Assembly: GCA_951406725.2 (NCBI GenBank)
Contig: OX597840.1
Location: 18,724,001-18,788,000, forward strand
From: Octopus vulgaris
Lineage: Eukaryota
Length of the DNA stretch: 64,000 nucleotides
Direction: 5' to 3'
Positions 51,691-64,000 of this stretch are shown here, one piece after another. Position 1 is the first letter of the stretch, and every line of letters starts with the position of its first letter. The position numbers and the translations under genes were made by a program. The notes under the pieces were generated by a model, which was not told the DNA's origin, made no database searches, and saw only the letters and a list, made by a program, of their open reading frames with translations.

Positions 51691-51756
51691 CAGCTGCGGA
51701 GATGGAGGGGCAGCGGGCTTTCTCGTGTGATACTTTCATTGTAATAATAATAATGG

Positions 51757-53335
51757 GGCTGCTAACAACTCTTAAAGAGTTCAGCAATGACATCGGGAGG
51801 AATTTTGGCCTTGATAAGTGTGCTAAAGCAAGTTTTGTAAGAGGCAAGCCCAGGCAAATAACTTCCATTAATTTAAATACCGACTCTATCATCAAGGAGC
51901 TTGACCCACAAGAAAATTAAAAATACCTGGGGATAAACGAAGGAGATGGTATACAACATGCTACTATGAAGGAAAAACTAAGAAAGGAGTATTACAGGTG
52001 AGTAAAACTCATACTAAAACTGAACTCAACTCGAAAAATTGCATCGAAGCCATTAACACCCTGGCACTTCCAGCAGTCTAATATAGTTTTATATTAACTA
52101 GAATCGTACAGAGCTGGACAGGAAGACAAGAAAACTACTAACATCTAAGAACATGCACCACCCAAAGGCAGACCTTGATCGTCTGTACTTATCTAGAACT
52201 GTGCTATAAGACCTCCACTATAGCAATGAACAGGTATTTATCTAGTAGAGAGGACTAGATGCTGTGGTTTGTGTGTAAACATGAAAGTAGCAAAACATCT
52301 CATTCTGTTGTCAAGGGAGCTTGCAAATTCGCAAGGGAAATTGACATTAACCCTGAAATAGCTGAAGAACTTGAACCCACTGTCACAAAACAAGCAAATC
52401 GGATCAAACAGACTACAAAAAAGAATGGGCAGAAACAAATTGAGGAGTGGTGGAGCCAGAAGCCTCTTCATGGACAGTATATACTTCGAAGTTGAAATGC
52501 TGATGTAGACAAGCAACAACTCATTACTAGCTGAGAAGTTCTGGACTGAAAGTTTCATATTAGTGGCACAAGTTCAAAGCTTGCTTAAAAAAATACTACC
52601 AGGCTAACGTTCTTCAAAACGGTTCTGACCCTAAATTCAGATTCTGCGACACATTTGACGAAACAATAGACCATCTCGGGATGTCTTGTGCTGACACTAA
52701 ACGAATAAAAAAATCGCCACGATAGGGTAGGAGTGTATTTACATTGGAAAATATGTAAACACTACAAAATCACCACTCCTGCTTATTGGTATGAACATCA
52801 CCCCGAACCAATCGTTGAAGATAAAAATGTCACTATCCTCTGGGATTTTCTAGTCAAAACTGACAGAACGATCCAGGCTAATCGACCAGACATAGTCATT
52901 AAAGACACGGAAGAAAAACATTTGTAGACTAATAAATGTAAGTGTTCTCACTGATAAAAATATATCTGTAAAGGAATTTGACAAATTAAGTTAATATAAG
53001 GACCGGGAAATTGAAATACAAAAGATGTGGCATCCCAAAGCGAGAACTGTTCCTGTTATTGTAGATGCCCTAGGTATGGTAAAAAAAGAGATGTCAGAAA
53101 CATCGAAATAAGATCTCAGGAGAACTAAATCTCAGAGAAATCGAAAACATTGTGCTGACAAATACTGCCCACATCCATTTAAATGTCTGTGTTGTATTAT
53201 ATGAAGATATTTCGCAATTGTCCCTGTCACTTCCCCTCCCCATGCTTTTAGTCATACTGTAACATCTCTTATCCGTCACTCGTCTCAGGACTCTGGGTGT
53301 GTCACGGCAAGTGATCAGAAATAAATAATAAAAGT
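51757..53335 (+). mobile_element. R4/Dong-like non-LTR retrotransposon (RLE type), 5'-truncated and decayed
   Basis: FSNDIG..FGLDKCA, KYLG, MHHPKADLDRLY, LHGQY, HDRV..LHWKIC, ILWDF..TDRTI.ANRPDIV; flanked by (AAT)n and (AAC)n. Confidence 0.87.
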
Positions 53336-53374
53336 AATTATATAACAACAACAACAACAACAACAACAATAATT

Positions 53375-53830
53375 ACAGTAAATATTCTGCTTAATACCAC
53401 AGATTTGCTTGTCAGTTGTTTGACCTTAACCAGTTGAACATGTCCCTTAGTGGCTGACGATATGTGCATCTCTGATCACGAGCAGAAGTAGTGGGGGAGC
53501 ATCATAGCCATGTGTTGAGAGGGATTCTTTGGGGTTCGGATAATTCACCTTTGGAAACATGGGCGCTTCGTTCAAAATCCTTAAACAACCCTTATTCAGG
53601 GACCTTTTGAGCGGGACGAGTACTCGACGTGAATAAAATTCAGACTGGGCCCCACCTGCAAGGTCATGTGCTGTTTATCTTGATATGAGACCACCATATT
53701 GCGCACATATGGTTGTAATGCATGTACCTGGTGTACCCTTATCAGACGGGTAGTCATGATGGGTATACTGGGCTTCGTATATTTTGCCCCAGTGTCACTT
53801 TGATGGCATGCACTGCTCTCTCACTCAATA
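53375..53830 (+). mobile_element. Non-coding retroposon family E with (AAT)n tail
   Basis: Three copies in the window (53375, 54095, minus-strand 58925-59340); ends CACTGCTCTCTCACTC(AAT)n. Confidence 0.7.
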
Positions 53831-53842
53831 ATAATGATAACA

Positions 53843-53907
<65 letters not shown>

Positions 53908-54094
53908 TCTTTCTACAATAGGCACAAGGCTTGAAATTTCGGGGAAGGCGATAGTCAATCACATCGACTCCAGTATTCAGCTGGTACTTATTTTGTCGAT
54001 TCCCAAAAGACGAAAGGCAAAGCCGACCTCAGCGGAATTTTAACTCACAACGTGAAGACGGACGAAATGCCGCCTAACATTTCGCCCGGTGTGT

Positions 54095-54580
54095 TGATTA
54101 GAAGTGTTATCATGTATATGTTTTGTCTTTGACAGGCTAAAGGAAATATTCTGCTCAATATCACAGACTCGCTTGTCAGTTGTTTGACCTTAACCAGTTC
54201 CTTGGTGACTGACAATATGTGCATCTCTGATCATTAGCAGAAGCAGTGGGCAAGCATCATAGAAATATGCTGAGAGGAATTCTTTTGGGTTTGAATGATT
54301 CCTCTCCAGAAATATGGGTGTTCTTTATTTAGGGACTTTTTGAGCGGGATGGGCTACTTGACCTGAATAAAATTCTAACTGGGCCCCACCTGCAAGGTCA
54401 TGCACTGTTTACCCTGACACGAGATCACCATGTCATGCACGTATGGTTGTAATGCATGTGTCTGGTGTACCCTTATCAGATGGGTAGTAATGACAAGTAT
54501 ATTGGGCTTTGTATATTTGTACCCCAATGTCACTTTGATGGCACGCACTGCCCTCTCTGCAGCAACAACAACAATAATAA
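54095..54580 (+). mobile_element. Retroposon family E, second copy
   Basis: Aligns by eye to 53375-53830. Confidence 0.7.
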
Positions 54581-54654
54581 CGATTTTAAATTTTGGCACA
54601 AGTCCATCAATTCCGGGGGAGGGGTTAAGTAGAGTATATTTACCCAAGAGTAAC

Positions 54655-55076
54655 GGCGGCGAGCTGGCAGAAACGTTAGCACGCCGGGCGAAATGCTTAA
54701 CGGTATTCCGTCTGCCGTTACGTTCTGAGTTCAAATTCCGCCGAGGTCGACTTTGCCTTTCATCCTTTCGGGGTCGATAAATATAGTACCAGTTACACAC
54801 TGGGGTCGATGTAATCGACTTAATACCTATGTCTGTCCTTGTTTGTCCCCTCTGTGTTTAGCCCCTGTGGGTAATAAAGAAATAGGTATTTCGTCTGCCG
54901 CTACGTTCTGAGTTCAAATTCCGCCGAGGTCGACTTTGCCTTTCATCCTTTCGAGGTCGATTAAATAAGTATCAGTTACGCACTGGGGTCGATATAATCG
55001 ACTTAATCCCTTTGTCTGTCCTTGTTTGTCCCCTCTGTGTTTAGCTCCTTATGAGTAGTAAAGAAATAGGTATTTA
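54655..55076 (+). mobile_element. SINE family B dimer
   Basis: One head and two bodies with the same junction as the octamer; TATTTACCC(A/T)AGAGT on both flanks is a probable TSD. Confidence 0.85.
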
Positions 55077-55665
55077 CCCTAGAGTTGAACTGATCCTTAT
55101 TTTATTGCCCCTTAAGGGTGACAGATAAAATAACCTCGGCGGGAATTCGAAGTCAGAACATCAATTGACAGAAGAAAAACCCGCCAGACATTTCATTCGA
55201 CTCTCTAACAATTCGGTCAATTTCAACTTTAAGAAAAGGAAAAAAGAAAAACAAAAGAGAAAGAAAAGAAAAGAAAGAAGAGAGAAAAAAAAAAGAAAGA
55301 ACGAAAACAAAGACGTGCAATTCTTCTCTCGAATGTATTTAACTTTGCTTTTATTTTCCGAAAACAATCTGTCTAAATACCATTTGGTACTTCCACCATT
55401 AAAGTTATTTTTCATGGTTTGCATTGATTTTCATCGCGCCTTTTGTAATGTATTTTACAAAGAATGATGTCCGTTAATGTCTATATATATATACGAATGA
55501 GTGTGTGTGTGTGTGTGTGTACAATTAATGTAGTTTTGTACAATACAATAGGCAAATTCTATGAATGTGTTTATCTTAGTTTCTTTCCGAGCAGATGTTT
55601 CAGTTCTTTTGCGAATTCTGTAAACGCTGCTAGCAGCATGATGGTTATATATATGTCAAAAAGAA

Positions 55666-55799
55666 GGCGGCGAGCTGGCAGAATCGTTAGCACGCCGGGC
55701 GAAATGCGTAGCCGTATTTCGGCTGCCGTTACGTTCTGAGTTCAAATTCCGCCGAGGTCGACTTTGCCTTTCATCCTTTCGGGGTCGATAAATAAAGTA
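55666..55799 (+). mobile_element. SINE family B, 3'-truncated
   Basis: Head and central domain only. Confidence 0.82.
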
Positions 55800-55908
55800 T
55801 ATATATATATATATATCAAAAGGATGTGCTATAATACTATTCCACAGCCAAAGCAACAATCCAACATACCTCCATCATTAGCTGCCTCACGGATATCATA
55901 TATATGTG

Positions 55909-55987
<79 letters not shown>

Positions 55988-56024
55988 TTTTAAAAAAAAA
56001 AAAAAAAAAAAAAAGAAATATAAA

Positions 56025-56347
56025 ATGTGACTTCATTGACCGAGGTTACCGTGGTCTTTTCCGTAGGCTTTTCTTTCCACGGGTAAACCTCACCTATCTA
56101 TCTTTACACTTCATATTGACATTTCTGTGATAACGATCCCTATTGATCAATATTTTTTTTTTTTTTTTTCTATCTATCTTTTTTTAACCCCCTTTTTTTC
56201 TCCTCCTTCTCTCCTTTTACGATCCCTTTTATCGAAACTCCCCTACCTTTTTTTTTTTTTTTTTTTTTTTTTAAACATTCAAAAGAAAAGCTCTACCTTG
56301 TAATTTGTTCTATCTGTGTGCAGCCCTGTGTGGCTAATAAAGAAACA
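56025..56347 (+). mobile_element. Non-LTR retrotransposon 3' end embedded in (TATC)n
   Basis: Homologous to 61808-62111; ends CAGCCCTGTGTGGCTAATAAAGAAACA(TATC)n. Confidence 0.65.
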
Positions 56348-56444
<97 letters not shown>

Positions 56445-56569
56445 GTGAGTCTGTCCGTTTGCATGTCTAAAGTAGAAATACGAACGAATTATGAACTTCT
56501 CAGTAGGTTCGTCATTAGTTGGTTTAAGAACATTCATCATGTACAAAACAGTAACTTTCTTAACGACCG

Positions 56570-57840
56570 ACCATACTAAAAGCACTGTATTTCGCCAAGG
56601 CACATATATTTATCAATGATTCAGATAATGATATCCTGAACACTAGGAAATCATTAATATTTTTCAAAAACTCGACTTGGATCGAGAAAAGCGAGGATAA
56701 ATTTTTCCTTGTGAGTATGGTGGAGCCAAATTATGCATGGTTACAGGCGCATATATTCTGGTTGTTTATATAAAGAATTCTCAAATTTGTGTGCGGGTAT
56801 ATATGGAGATGACGAGCTTATTCTTATCATAAAACGAATGGTCATTAGTTCGATGGACTTTGGGATGATCTTATTGCTTTCTTCCAGCCTATGAATTTGA
56901 GAATAACGTTTCGCACGAAATTTAGTTGTCATTTTCTGAGATATTACTTCAAATCTAGGAACCAGCAGTTTTAGGTCGAATTGCATGTCTACTGAAGCTC
57001 TGTTCTATATTAATAAGGATTTTAATCACCCGCCTTGTAGCCTTGAGATTATAGCCTACGATATAGTTAAGCGAATATCCTCATTGCCAGTTGATGAGAT
57101 GGCTTCTAACACAACTTTATCTTAGAACAAAGATACCTTGAAGAACTGCTGGTTCTGGGAGCAGATCCATTATGTGAGTAATGAAAATAATCTCAAATTT
57201 CGTAGAACTAAGGCAAGAATGATCTTGTGGCTTAACCCAATATTCATTATGAGCATTAAGGCAAATGTAGCCGGAGAATACTCAAATTTGTTGCCTAGAC
57301 ATTTCAATAAGGAACATAAGGATTATGAAATATTCATCAGTAGCACTTTGAAGGTCAGCTATTTTTGTAAGAACTTCATTAATCAGCATAATGTGAAAAG
57401 ACTTGCTGAAGCCAATGAAAATGAAGATAATTAAATATAGTATCATAGACCTTAGCAACTGCTTCCTTAATGGCAAGCACTTGGTGAAAGGAGTTGTATA
57501 TAGAGCTAAAGACCAAATTGGTAATAGCTCCATATACGGAATTTACACTAGAGAGTGACGGAAAGAGTTTTAAGACAAGGTTTTACCTGCACAAAAGTTC
57601 TTTTAAATACCCCACCCAAAAGATCCGCCATACGTTTATGAAAACATGTATTGTAACTGTAGGCAGCAGATCCGTCTCCCTTCAAAGAAAGAGCAAGATC
57701 ATATGGACATGAGTTCCAGTACCATTCCATTTCACCCCTGCGTTGGTTAAGTGAAATCTAGCTCATCCTGTTTTAGGATAGGCTTTAAATCAAGAATCTG
57801 AATTATTGAACGGTTGCAGACATTCTTCTAAATTTCTAAT
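56570..57840 (+). mobile_element. Penelope-like element RT/GIY-YIG remnant
   Basis: RMILWLNPIF..ANVA..LLPRHF..H..YEIF..TLKVSYFC; NG..LVKGVVYRA; SFKTRFYLHKSSF. Confidence 0.75.
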
Positions 57841-58482
57841 TTCGAGGTCCCTTCCACCGAAGAGAGTGTCAGGTAAATATAGGGGTCGATGAAATCGACT
57901 TACACCCTACCCCGAAATTGCCGGGCATGTATCAAAATATGGAACCATTATTATTTTGGAGATGTCTGATGTATTCTTGTTCTTTCTTCCATCTACTAAT
58001 TCCTTCTGAGTTTCGTATTTCATCCCTATACGATCTTTTGTATAACGTTTTTTTCTTTTACTTTTGCGAGGTTTTCTTTTAGTCTTTCTGTTATGCGAAC
58101 TTACCTTTCTAACGACACACAGAGCGTGATTGGAATTCTTAAACTAGAACAGCCTTTCATTAGTTACACATAGACTTTCGTTAAACATGACGGCGGCGGG
58201 GGGGGGGGGGCGGGGGCGGAAATTACTAAAGATCCTTTTCGTTTTATTTTATTAAATTAAGCAATTTATTGAATTAAGCAATTCATTAAATCACTGCCCC
58301 AAGTTTGTATTGATTGACTTCCTTATTTTTCTCCTTATATTATCTCACGCTTTTCAAATCGTTTTCCATTTGTTTATTTCGTGCAATTTTTCTGTGTTCA
58401 TGCGATCGTTTGGTTTTTGTTCTATTTCAGCCCAACAAATATCCTCGCCCTCCATCATGAATCTCTCTTTCTCCTCCTCCTC

Positions 58483-58483
<1 letters not shown>

Positions 58484-58551
<68 letters not shown>

Positions 58552-58600
58552 CATCCATCCATCCATCCATCCATCCATCCATCCATCCATCCATCCATCC

Positions 58601-58668
<68 letters not shown>
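58484..58668. repeat. (TATC)n/(CATC)n compound microsatellite
   Basis: Read directly from the sequence. Confidence 0.95.
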
Positions 58669-58669
<1 letters not shown>

Positions 58670-58924
58670 ACTATACATACATATACATACATATACATAC
58701 CTATATACGTGCGCGCGCGCGTATGCATATGTGTATATGTGTGTATATACACGCATATATGTATATGACGGGATTCCACACAGTTTCCGTCTATGAAATT
58801 CTCTCAGAAGACATGGGCCAGCTGAGGGCTATGCCACGCTATGGGACTGAACCTAACTATAAAGTCCTGCTTGCGTTAAGGTATGTATGAATGTGTGTGT
58901 GTATATATACATACACACACACAC

Positions 58925-59340
58925 AATTGTAATTTCATGTCAAGATAAGCAGCGCATGACCTTGTAGGTGAGGCCCAGTTAAAATTTTCTCAGGCCGAGT
59001 AGCCCATCCCTCTCAAACGGTCCCTAAATAAAGTTTGTTTAAGGATGTTGTTTAAGGATGTTGAACGAAACACCCATTTTTCCAGAGGTGACTTATTCAA
59101 ACCTCGCAGAATTCCTTTCAACACTTGGCTACTCCAGCTTGTGATCTAAGATGCACGTATCGTCAGGCACCAAAGGACATGCTCAACTGGTTAAGGTCAA
59201 ACAACTGACAAGCAAATCTATGGTATTGATCAGAATATTTGCTGTAGCCCATCTTTTATACCAAGACAAAACAATGTACATGATGACACTCCCAACCTGT
59301 TAAAATCAGAAGCCATGAGCGCCAGTGTCTGGTACTGCAT
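58925..59340 (-). mobile_element. Retroposon family E, 5'-complete copy
   Basis: Minus strand begins ATGCAGTACCAGACACTGGC after (GAA)n; matches the other E copies. Confidence 0.7.
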
Positions 59341-59373
59341 TCTTCTTCTTCTTCTTCTTCTTCTTCTTCTTCT

Positions 59374-59409
<36 letters not shown>

Positions 59410-59660
59410 CCTCCCCCTCCTCCTCCTCCTCCTCCTCCTCTTCTTCTTCTTCTTCTTCCCCTCCCCACCCCACCTCCTCCTCTTCTTCTTCCCCCCTCCC
59501 CCTCCTCTTCTTCTTCTTCTCCCCCCTCCTCCTCTTCTTCTTCCTCCTCCCCCTCCTCCTCCTCTTCTTCTTCTTCTTCTTCTTCTTCTTCTTCTTCTTC
59601 TTCTTCTTTCTTCTTCTTCTTCTTCTTCTTCTTCTTCTTCTTCTTCTTCTTCTTCTTCTT
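59340..59660. repeat. (TTC)n/(CCT)n polypyrimidine tract
   Basis: About 320 bp of almost pure pyrimidine. Confidence 0.95.
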
Positions 59661-60235
59661 TACTTTTAATCTGCATGTTTCTAACAGCCACTTGTCGAGA
59701 CACAACCAGTGTCCTAGGGCGAATGAAGGATAGATGTTACAGTATGACTAAAAGCTTTGGGGAAGGGAAGAAATATCTTCATGTAATACAACACAGACAT
59801 TTAAATGGATGGGGTTTTTCTAAGGATGTGGGCAGTACTTGTCAGTACAGTCTTTTGGATTTCTCTGAGACATGGTTCTCCTGGGATCCTATCTAGATGT
59901 TTCTGACATCCCTTTTTTTTTTACCATACCTAGAAGACCACCTACAATAACAGGAAACGTTCTTGCTTTAAGATGCCACATCTTTTGTATTTCAATTTCC
60001 AAGTCTTTATATTTACTTAGTTTGTCAAATTCCTTGACAGATATATTTTTATCAGAGGAAGTACTTACAAGTGTTTTCTTCTGTCTTTAGTAACTATGTC
60101 TGGTCGATTAACCTGGATTGTCCTGTCAGTGTTGACTGGAAAATCCCTGAGGATAGTGATATCTTTACCTTCAACGATTGGCTCAGTATAGTGTTCATAC
60201 CAGTAAGCATGGGTGCTGATTTTGGAGTGTTTACA
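59661..60235 (-). mobile_element. R4/Dong-like RLE domain and 3'UTR, same subfamily as 51757-53335
   Basis: ITILRDFPVNTDRTIQVNRPDI, KEFDKLSKYKDLEIEIQKMWHLK; shared 3'UTR. Confidence 0.8.
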
Positions 60236-60288
<53 letters not shown>

Positions 60289-60289
60289 G

Positions 60290-60631
60290 TATTCAGTAGT
60301 TTTATTTTTATAGCGTGCTTTCTCTTCACTACCGAGCGCAGCTCTGTGTGCCTTGGGTATGTGCTGTAATTTGTTGTGATGCTCTGATGGTTATTGTATG
60401 GAAAGTGTTCTGCGTAGGATGTGTGCAGTGCCTAGTAGTGCAATTTTCTGTATGTTATATGTGTTTGTAAGTCCTGGTGTTTTTGTTATGTATTTGTCTG
60501 AATATTTTTTTATCATGCCTTATGCACCTACTATGATAGGAATTGTTTCTGTTTTTAGATTCCACATTCTGGTTATCTCTATTTCCAGGTCTTTGTATTT
60601 TGAGAGTTTCTCCATTTCTTTTAGAGAAACG
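60290..60631 (-). mobile_element. R4/Dong-like 3' end (second subfamily) between (TAA)n tracts
   Basis: EKLSKYKDLEIEITRMWNLKTETIPIIVGA..QKIALLGTAHILR. Confidence 0.82.
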
Positions 60632-60728
60632 TTATTATTATCATTATTATTTGTAACCTTTCGTCTTGTTTTGTCCCTTTATGTTTCCAATCATGTGTGT
60701 CAGCCCTTGTGGCCAATAAAAAGAATTA

Positions 60729-60841
<113 letters not shown>

Positions 60842-60871
60842 GGTGGTGGGTGAAATGCTTTCTGCTGATAA

Positions 60872-61195
60872 GGCGGCAAGCTGGCAGAATCGTTAGCGCG
60901 CTGGACGAAATGCTTAGCGGTATTTCGTCTGTGTTACGTTGTGAGTTCAAATTCCGTCGAGGTCGACTTTGCCTTTCATCCTTTCGGGGTCGATAAATTA
61001 AGCACCAGTTACGCACTGGGGTCGATGTAATCGACTTAATACCTATATCTGTCCTTGTTTGTCCCCTCTGTGTTTAGCCCCTTGTGGGTAATAAAGAAAT
61101 AGAAATAGGTATTTCATCTGCTGCTACGTTCTGAGTTGAAATTCTGCCAAGGTCGACTTTGCCTTTCATCCTTTCGGGGTCGATTAAATAAGTAG
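60872..61195 (+). mobile_element. SINE family B dimer, second unit partial
   Basis: Head at 60872; junction at about 61105-61120. Confidence 0.82.
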
Positions 61196-61283
61196 AAGGT
61201 ATTAAGTCGATTACACACTGGGGCGATGTAATCGACTTAATACCTTCCCCCTAATTTGAGGCCTTGTGCTTCCAGTAGAAAGA

Positions 61284-61334
<51 letters not shown>

Positions 61335-61363
61335 GTTATTGTTGTTGTTGTTGTTGTTGTTGC

Positions 61364-61421
<58 letters not shown>

Positions 61422-61684
61422 ATAGTCGACTGGTTGTGGTGTTTCAAACCTTCAGAGTAAAAGAAACTCAGTTATATTTTTTCGATCAGTAATGTCTGAT
61501 GAGTGTTAAAATATTTTTCCAGTCTTGGAAGACTTTTAGTTTTGTACGATACTGGTAACAGAAATTGATTGTTACGAAGCTAAATTGATATTGCATATTA
61601 CCTCGTAATCTACGAGTGCGCCTTTCCTCTGCCTATGAAAATTATTTGGACACACACATATATCACCATCTATCTATCTATCTA

Positions 61685-61770
<86 letters not shown>

Positions 61771-61807
61771 AACAGAGGGTTACCTACTTGCAAATAAATG
61801 TGGTAAC

Positions 61808-62111
61808 ATGTAACATTATTGACCGAGGTTACCGTAGTCTTTTCCGTAGGCTTTTCTTTCCATGGATAAACCTTATCTGCTTCCCCCTTTACACTTTACA
61901 TCATGACATTTCTGTGATACACGATCCCTATTGATCGTTTTTTTTCTTTTTTTTCTTTCCCTTTTTATTTCTTAAATTAAAAAAAATTTTTTTCCCTTTT
62001 ACGATCCCTTTTGATCGCAAACGTACCCCACTTTTTTTCTCCCCAAAAAGAAAAGCTCTACTTTGTAATCTGTCCCGTCTGTGTACAGCCCTGTGTGGCT
62101 AATAAAGAAAC
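61808..62111 (+). mobile_element. Non-LTR retrotransposon 3' end embedded in (TATC)n, second copy
   Basis: Homologous to 56025-56347; (TATC)n on both sides. Confidence 0.65.
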
Positions 62112-62112
62112 A

Positions 62113-62199
<87 letters not shown>

Positions 62200-62332
62200 G
62201 TATCTATCTTATGATTTCGCTTAGACTTGCAATAACCAGATAAACAGTTTTTAAAACACACACACACACACGTATTAAGGCGGTGCTTCAGTAGGGCCGC
62301 AGTCAAATGACTAAAGCAAGTAAAAGAATATA

Positions 62333-62379
<47 letters not shown>

Positions 62380-63306
62380 TACTGCTACATTGTAACTTGT
62401 TACGCTGGTACAGAAAGAGCATCATTGATTAATAAATGACGTCATTATCTCACTGCTGTTACTGCTATAAGAACCAACGTGTTGTACAACGTCCTATAGC
62501 TTCTTCGGAGCTATCAAATGGCAGAAACAGCTGTAAGTTCATTAGATGATTACTCGACACCTGTTCCATTGTCACTTATTAATTTATTTCAACGACTGCT
62601 ATTTCTAGGAGGTCGAACAACCATGTAGAGGCTTTCTCATTGGCACGTTTTTGATATAATTATTATTGTTGCTGCTGTTGTTGTTGCTGTTTAGGCTACA
62701 TCAGCCTTGAGCAACAGGCTTTCTAACCATGGCCACCTCGTCTCTTTCTCGTTTATTGTACACCTAAACAGTACATTACCCAATGTGCCCTTTTGTGCTT
62801 ATGAAACTAAGATGCGTGATTTTCAAGTAGTATTATTTATACCTGGACACATGAATATTATTGCTGTTCTTGATGCTGTCGTTGTTGCTATTGCTTTTGT
62901 TAATGTTGTTGTTACTGTGGTTGCTGTTGTCTTTGTTGTCTATTTTGCTGACACTATTATTGTTGATGTTGTTGGTGTTATTGTAGTGGTTTTCTAGTAG
63001 CATCAATAACAATATTAGATTAAAATATAGCTATCTACCTATCATACTTAATGTAAATACATCATGGAAAGCCAAGTTAACTGCTGTGCCCGCAAGGACA
63101 TAATATCTGAACTGGACGCACTGTGTAAAAAACACAAAATATATCAGTAGCAGTGGAAACTCGTCCAGCATCGGCGGTGGAAATGGTAGATGCGCATTTC
63201 TTTCTGAAGAATAACAGTTTTCTATGAGGTCATTGTTTTGAGTATGGTATACATTTTGCTGGTAGCTGTGTACCCAAGTACCCCAAATACCCCAAGTACT
63301 CCAAGA

Positions 63307-63745
63307 TTATTCTTGCTTTTCTGAGTGGACTTTGATCCATTCGGCGAAATAAGAGGCTTTCGCGAAGATTGACATTCCGTTGTCGCATTTATCACCGTAT
63401 GAGACAACGCCGACCTAAACGAGTTTCTTGTCACATACTGCTTCTGTTGCCCATAGCGAATTTTTATTCAGATTGGCAGCAATTTTTTCAGTCGCTTTTG
63501 TCTTAGTAAACAGTTACCATTGAGTACATGCTACTGATGATGTCCCAAAATGCAGAAATGCGTATCTAGCATTCTTGCCACCGGGACCGGGCCATTTTCA
63601 CCTGCTACTGAAATAGTCTTATACTATTTAACACAGCACGTCAATAAGGGATATCTCTGAACGAATCCTGCCGCTAATTTGGCTTTCGGTGTACTTGCTT
63701 CAGCAGTACATATACTAAAATTTGGCTTCCCATGATGTATTTGCC
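63307..63745 (-). pseudogene. Trypsin-family (S1) serine protease C-terminal remnant
   Basis: Minus strand LV*VGVVSYGDKCDNGMSIFAKASYFAEWIKVHSEKQE* fits the S1 C-terminal signature (GxVSxG..C..xFxxVSxxxxWI); the upstream part has stops and frameshifts. Confidence 0.6.
63691..63722 (+). pseudogene. U6: 3'-truncated U6 snRNA retrocopy
   Basis: GTACTTGCTTCAGCAGTACATATACTAAAATT matches the U6 5' end; flanked by direct repeat AATTTGGCTT(T/C)C. Confidence 0.8.
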
Positions 63746-64000
63746 TTGGGTATGATACATACATGGCTATTTATTGTGGTTATTGTTGATATTATTCTGT
63801 CGTTATTGTTGTAATCGTTGATGTTATCGTGGTTGTTGTTCATGTTGTTGCAAAACAAAAGAAAATAAATCGAAAATTGTGAAATAGATATTTTTCTGTT
63901 TTAATTAGTCGGTGTACATTTACATGTGTTGTACACATAGACGAATATATATAACGGACTAAGCGCATATACATGTACATATACATACATACATATATAT

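Noticed and set aside
61495-61600. CTGATGA (and CTGACGA at about 5786) as hammerhead cores
   Set aside because: No properly placed GAAA, stem II or stem III partner.

Overview
AT-rich, repeat-dense animal genomic DNA, most likely a coleoid cephalopod (Octopus-like). This is inferred from the tRNA-derived SINE families, the tandem C2H2 zinc-finger genes with no effector domain and the microsatellite load. The core (about 12-48 kb) is a head-to-tail minus-strand array of four paralogous C2H2-ZNF units: three open 172-174 aa six-finger ORFs and one longer, broken copy. The units share a promoter/first-exon cassette with a conserved donor; the three intact genes also share a splice acceptor and poly(A) signal. 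Mobile DNA interrupts the array: an internally duplicated, integrase-less Ty3/Gypsy element with a hAT transposon in its 3' LTR, a full-length mariner, nested MITEs with 9-bp and 8-bp TSDs, TTAA MITEs and a SINE octamer. The left flank holds a decayed Helitron and a hammerhead-ribozyme-like fold. The right flank holds Penelope-like, R4/Dong-like and microsatellite-embedded retroposon remnants, plus a serine-protease remnant interrupted by a truncated U6 retrocopy. All calls are by eye; no database search was run.
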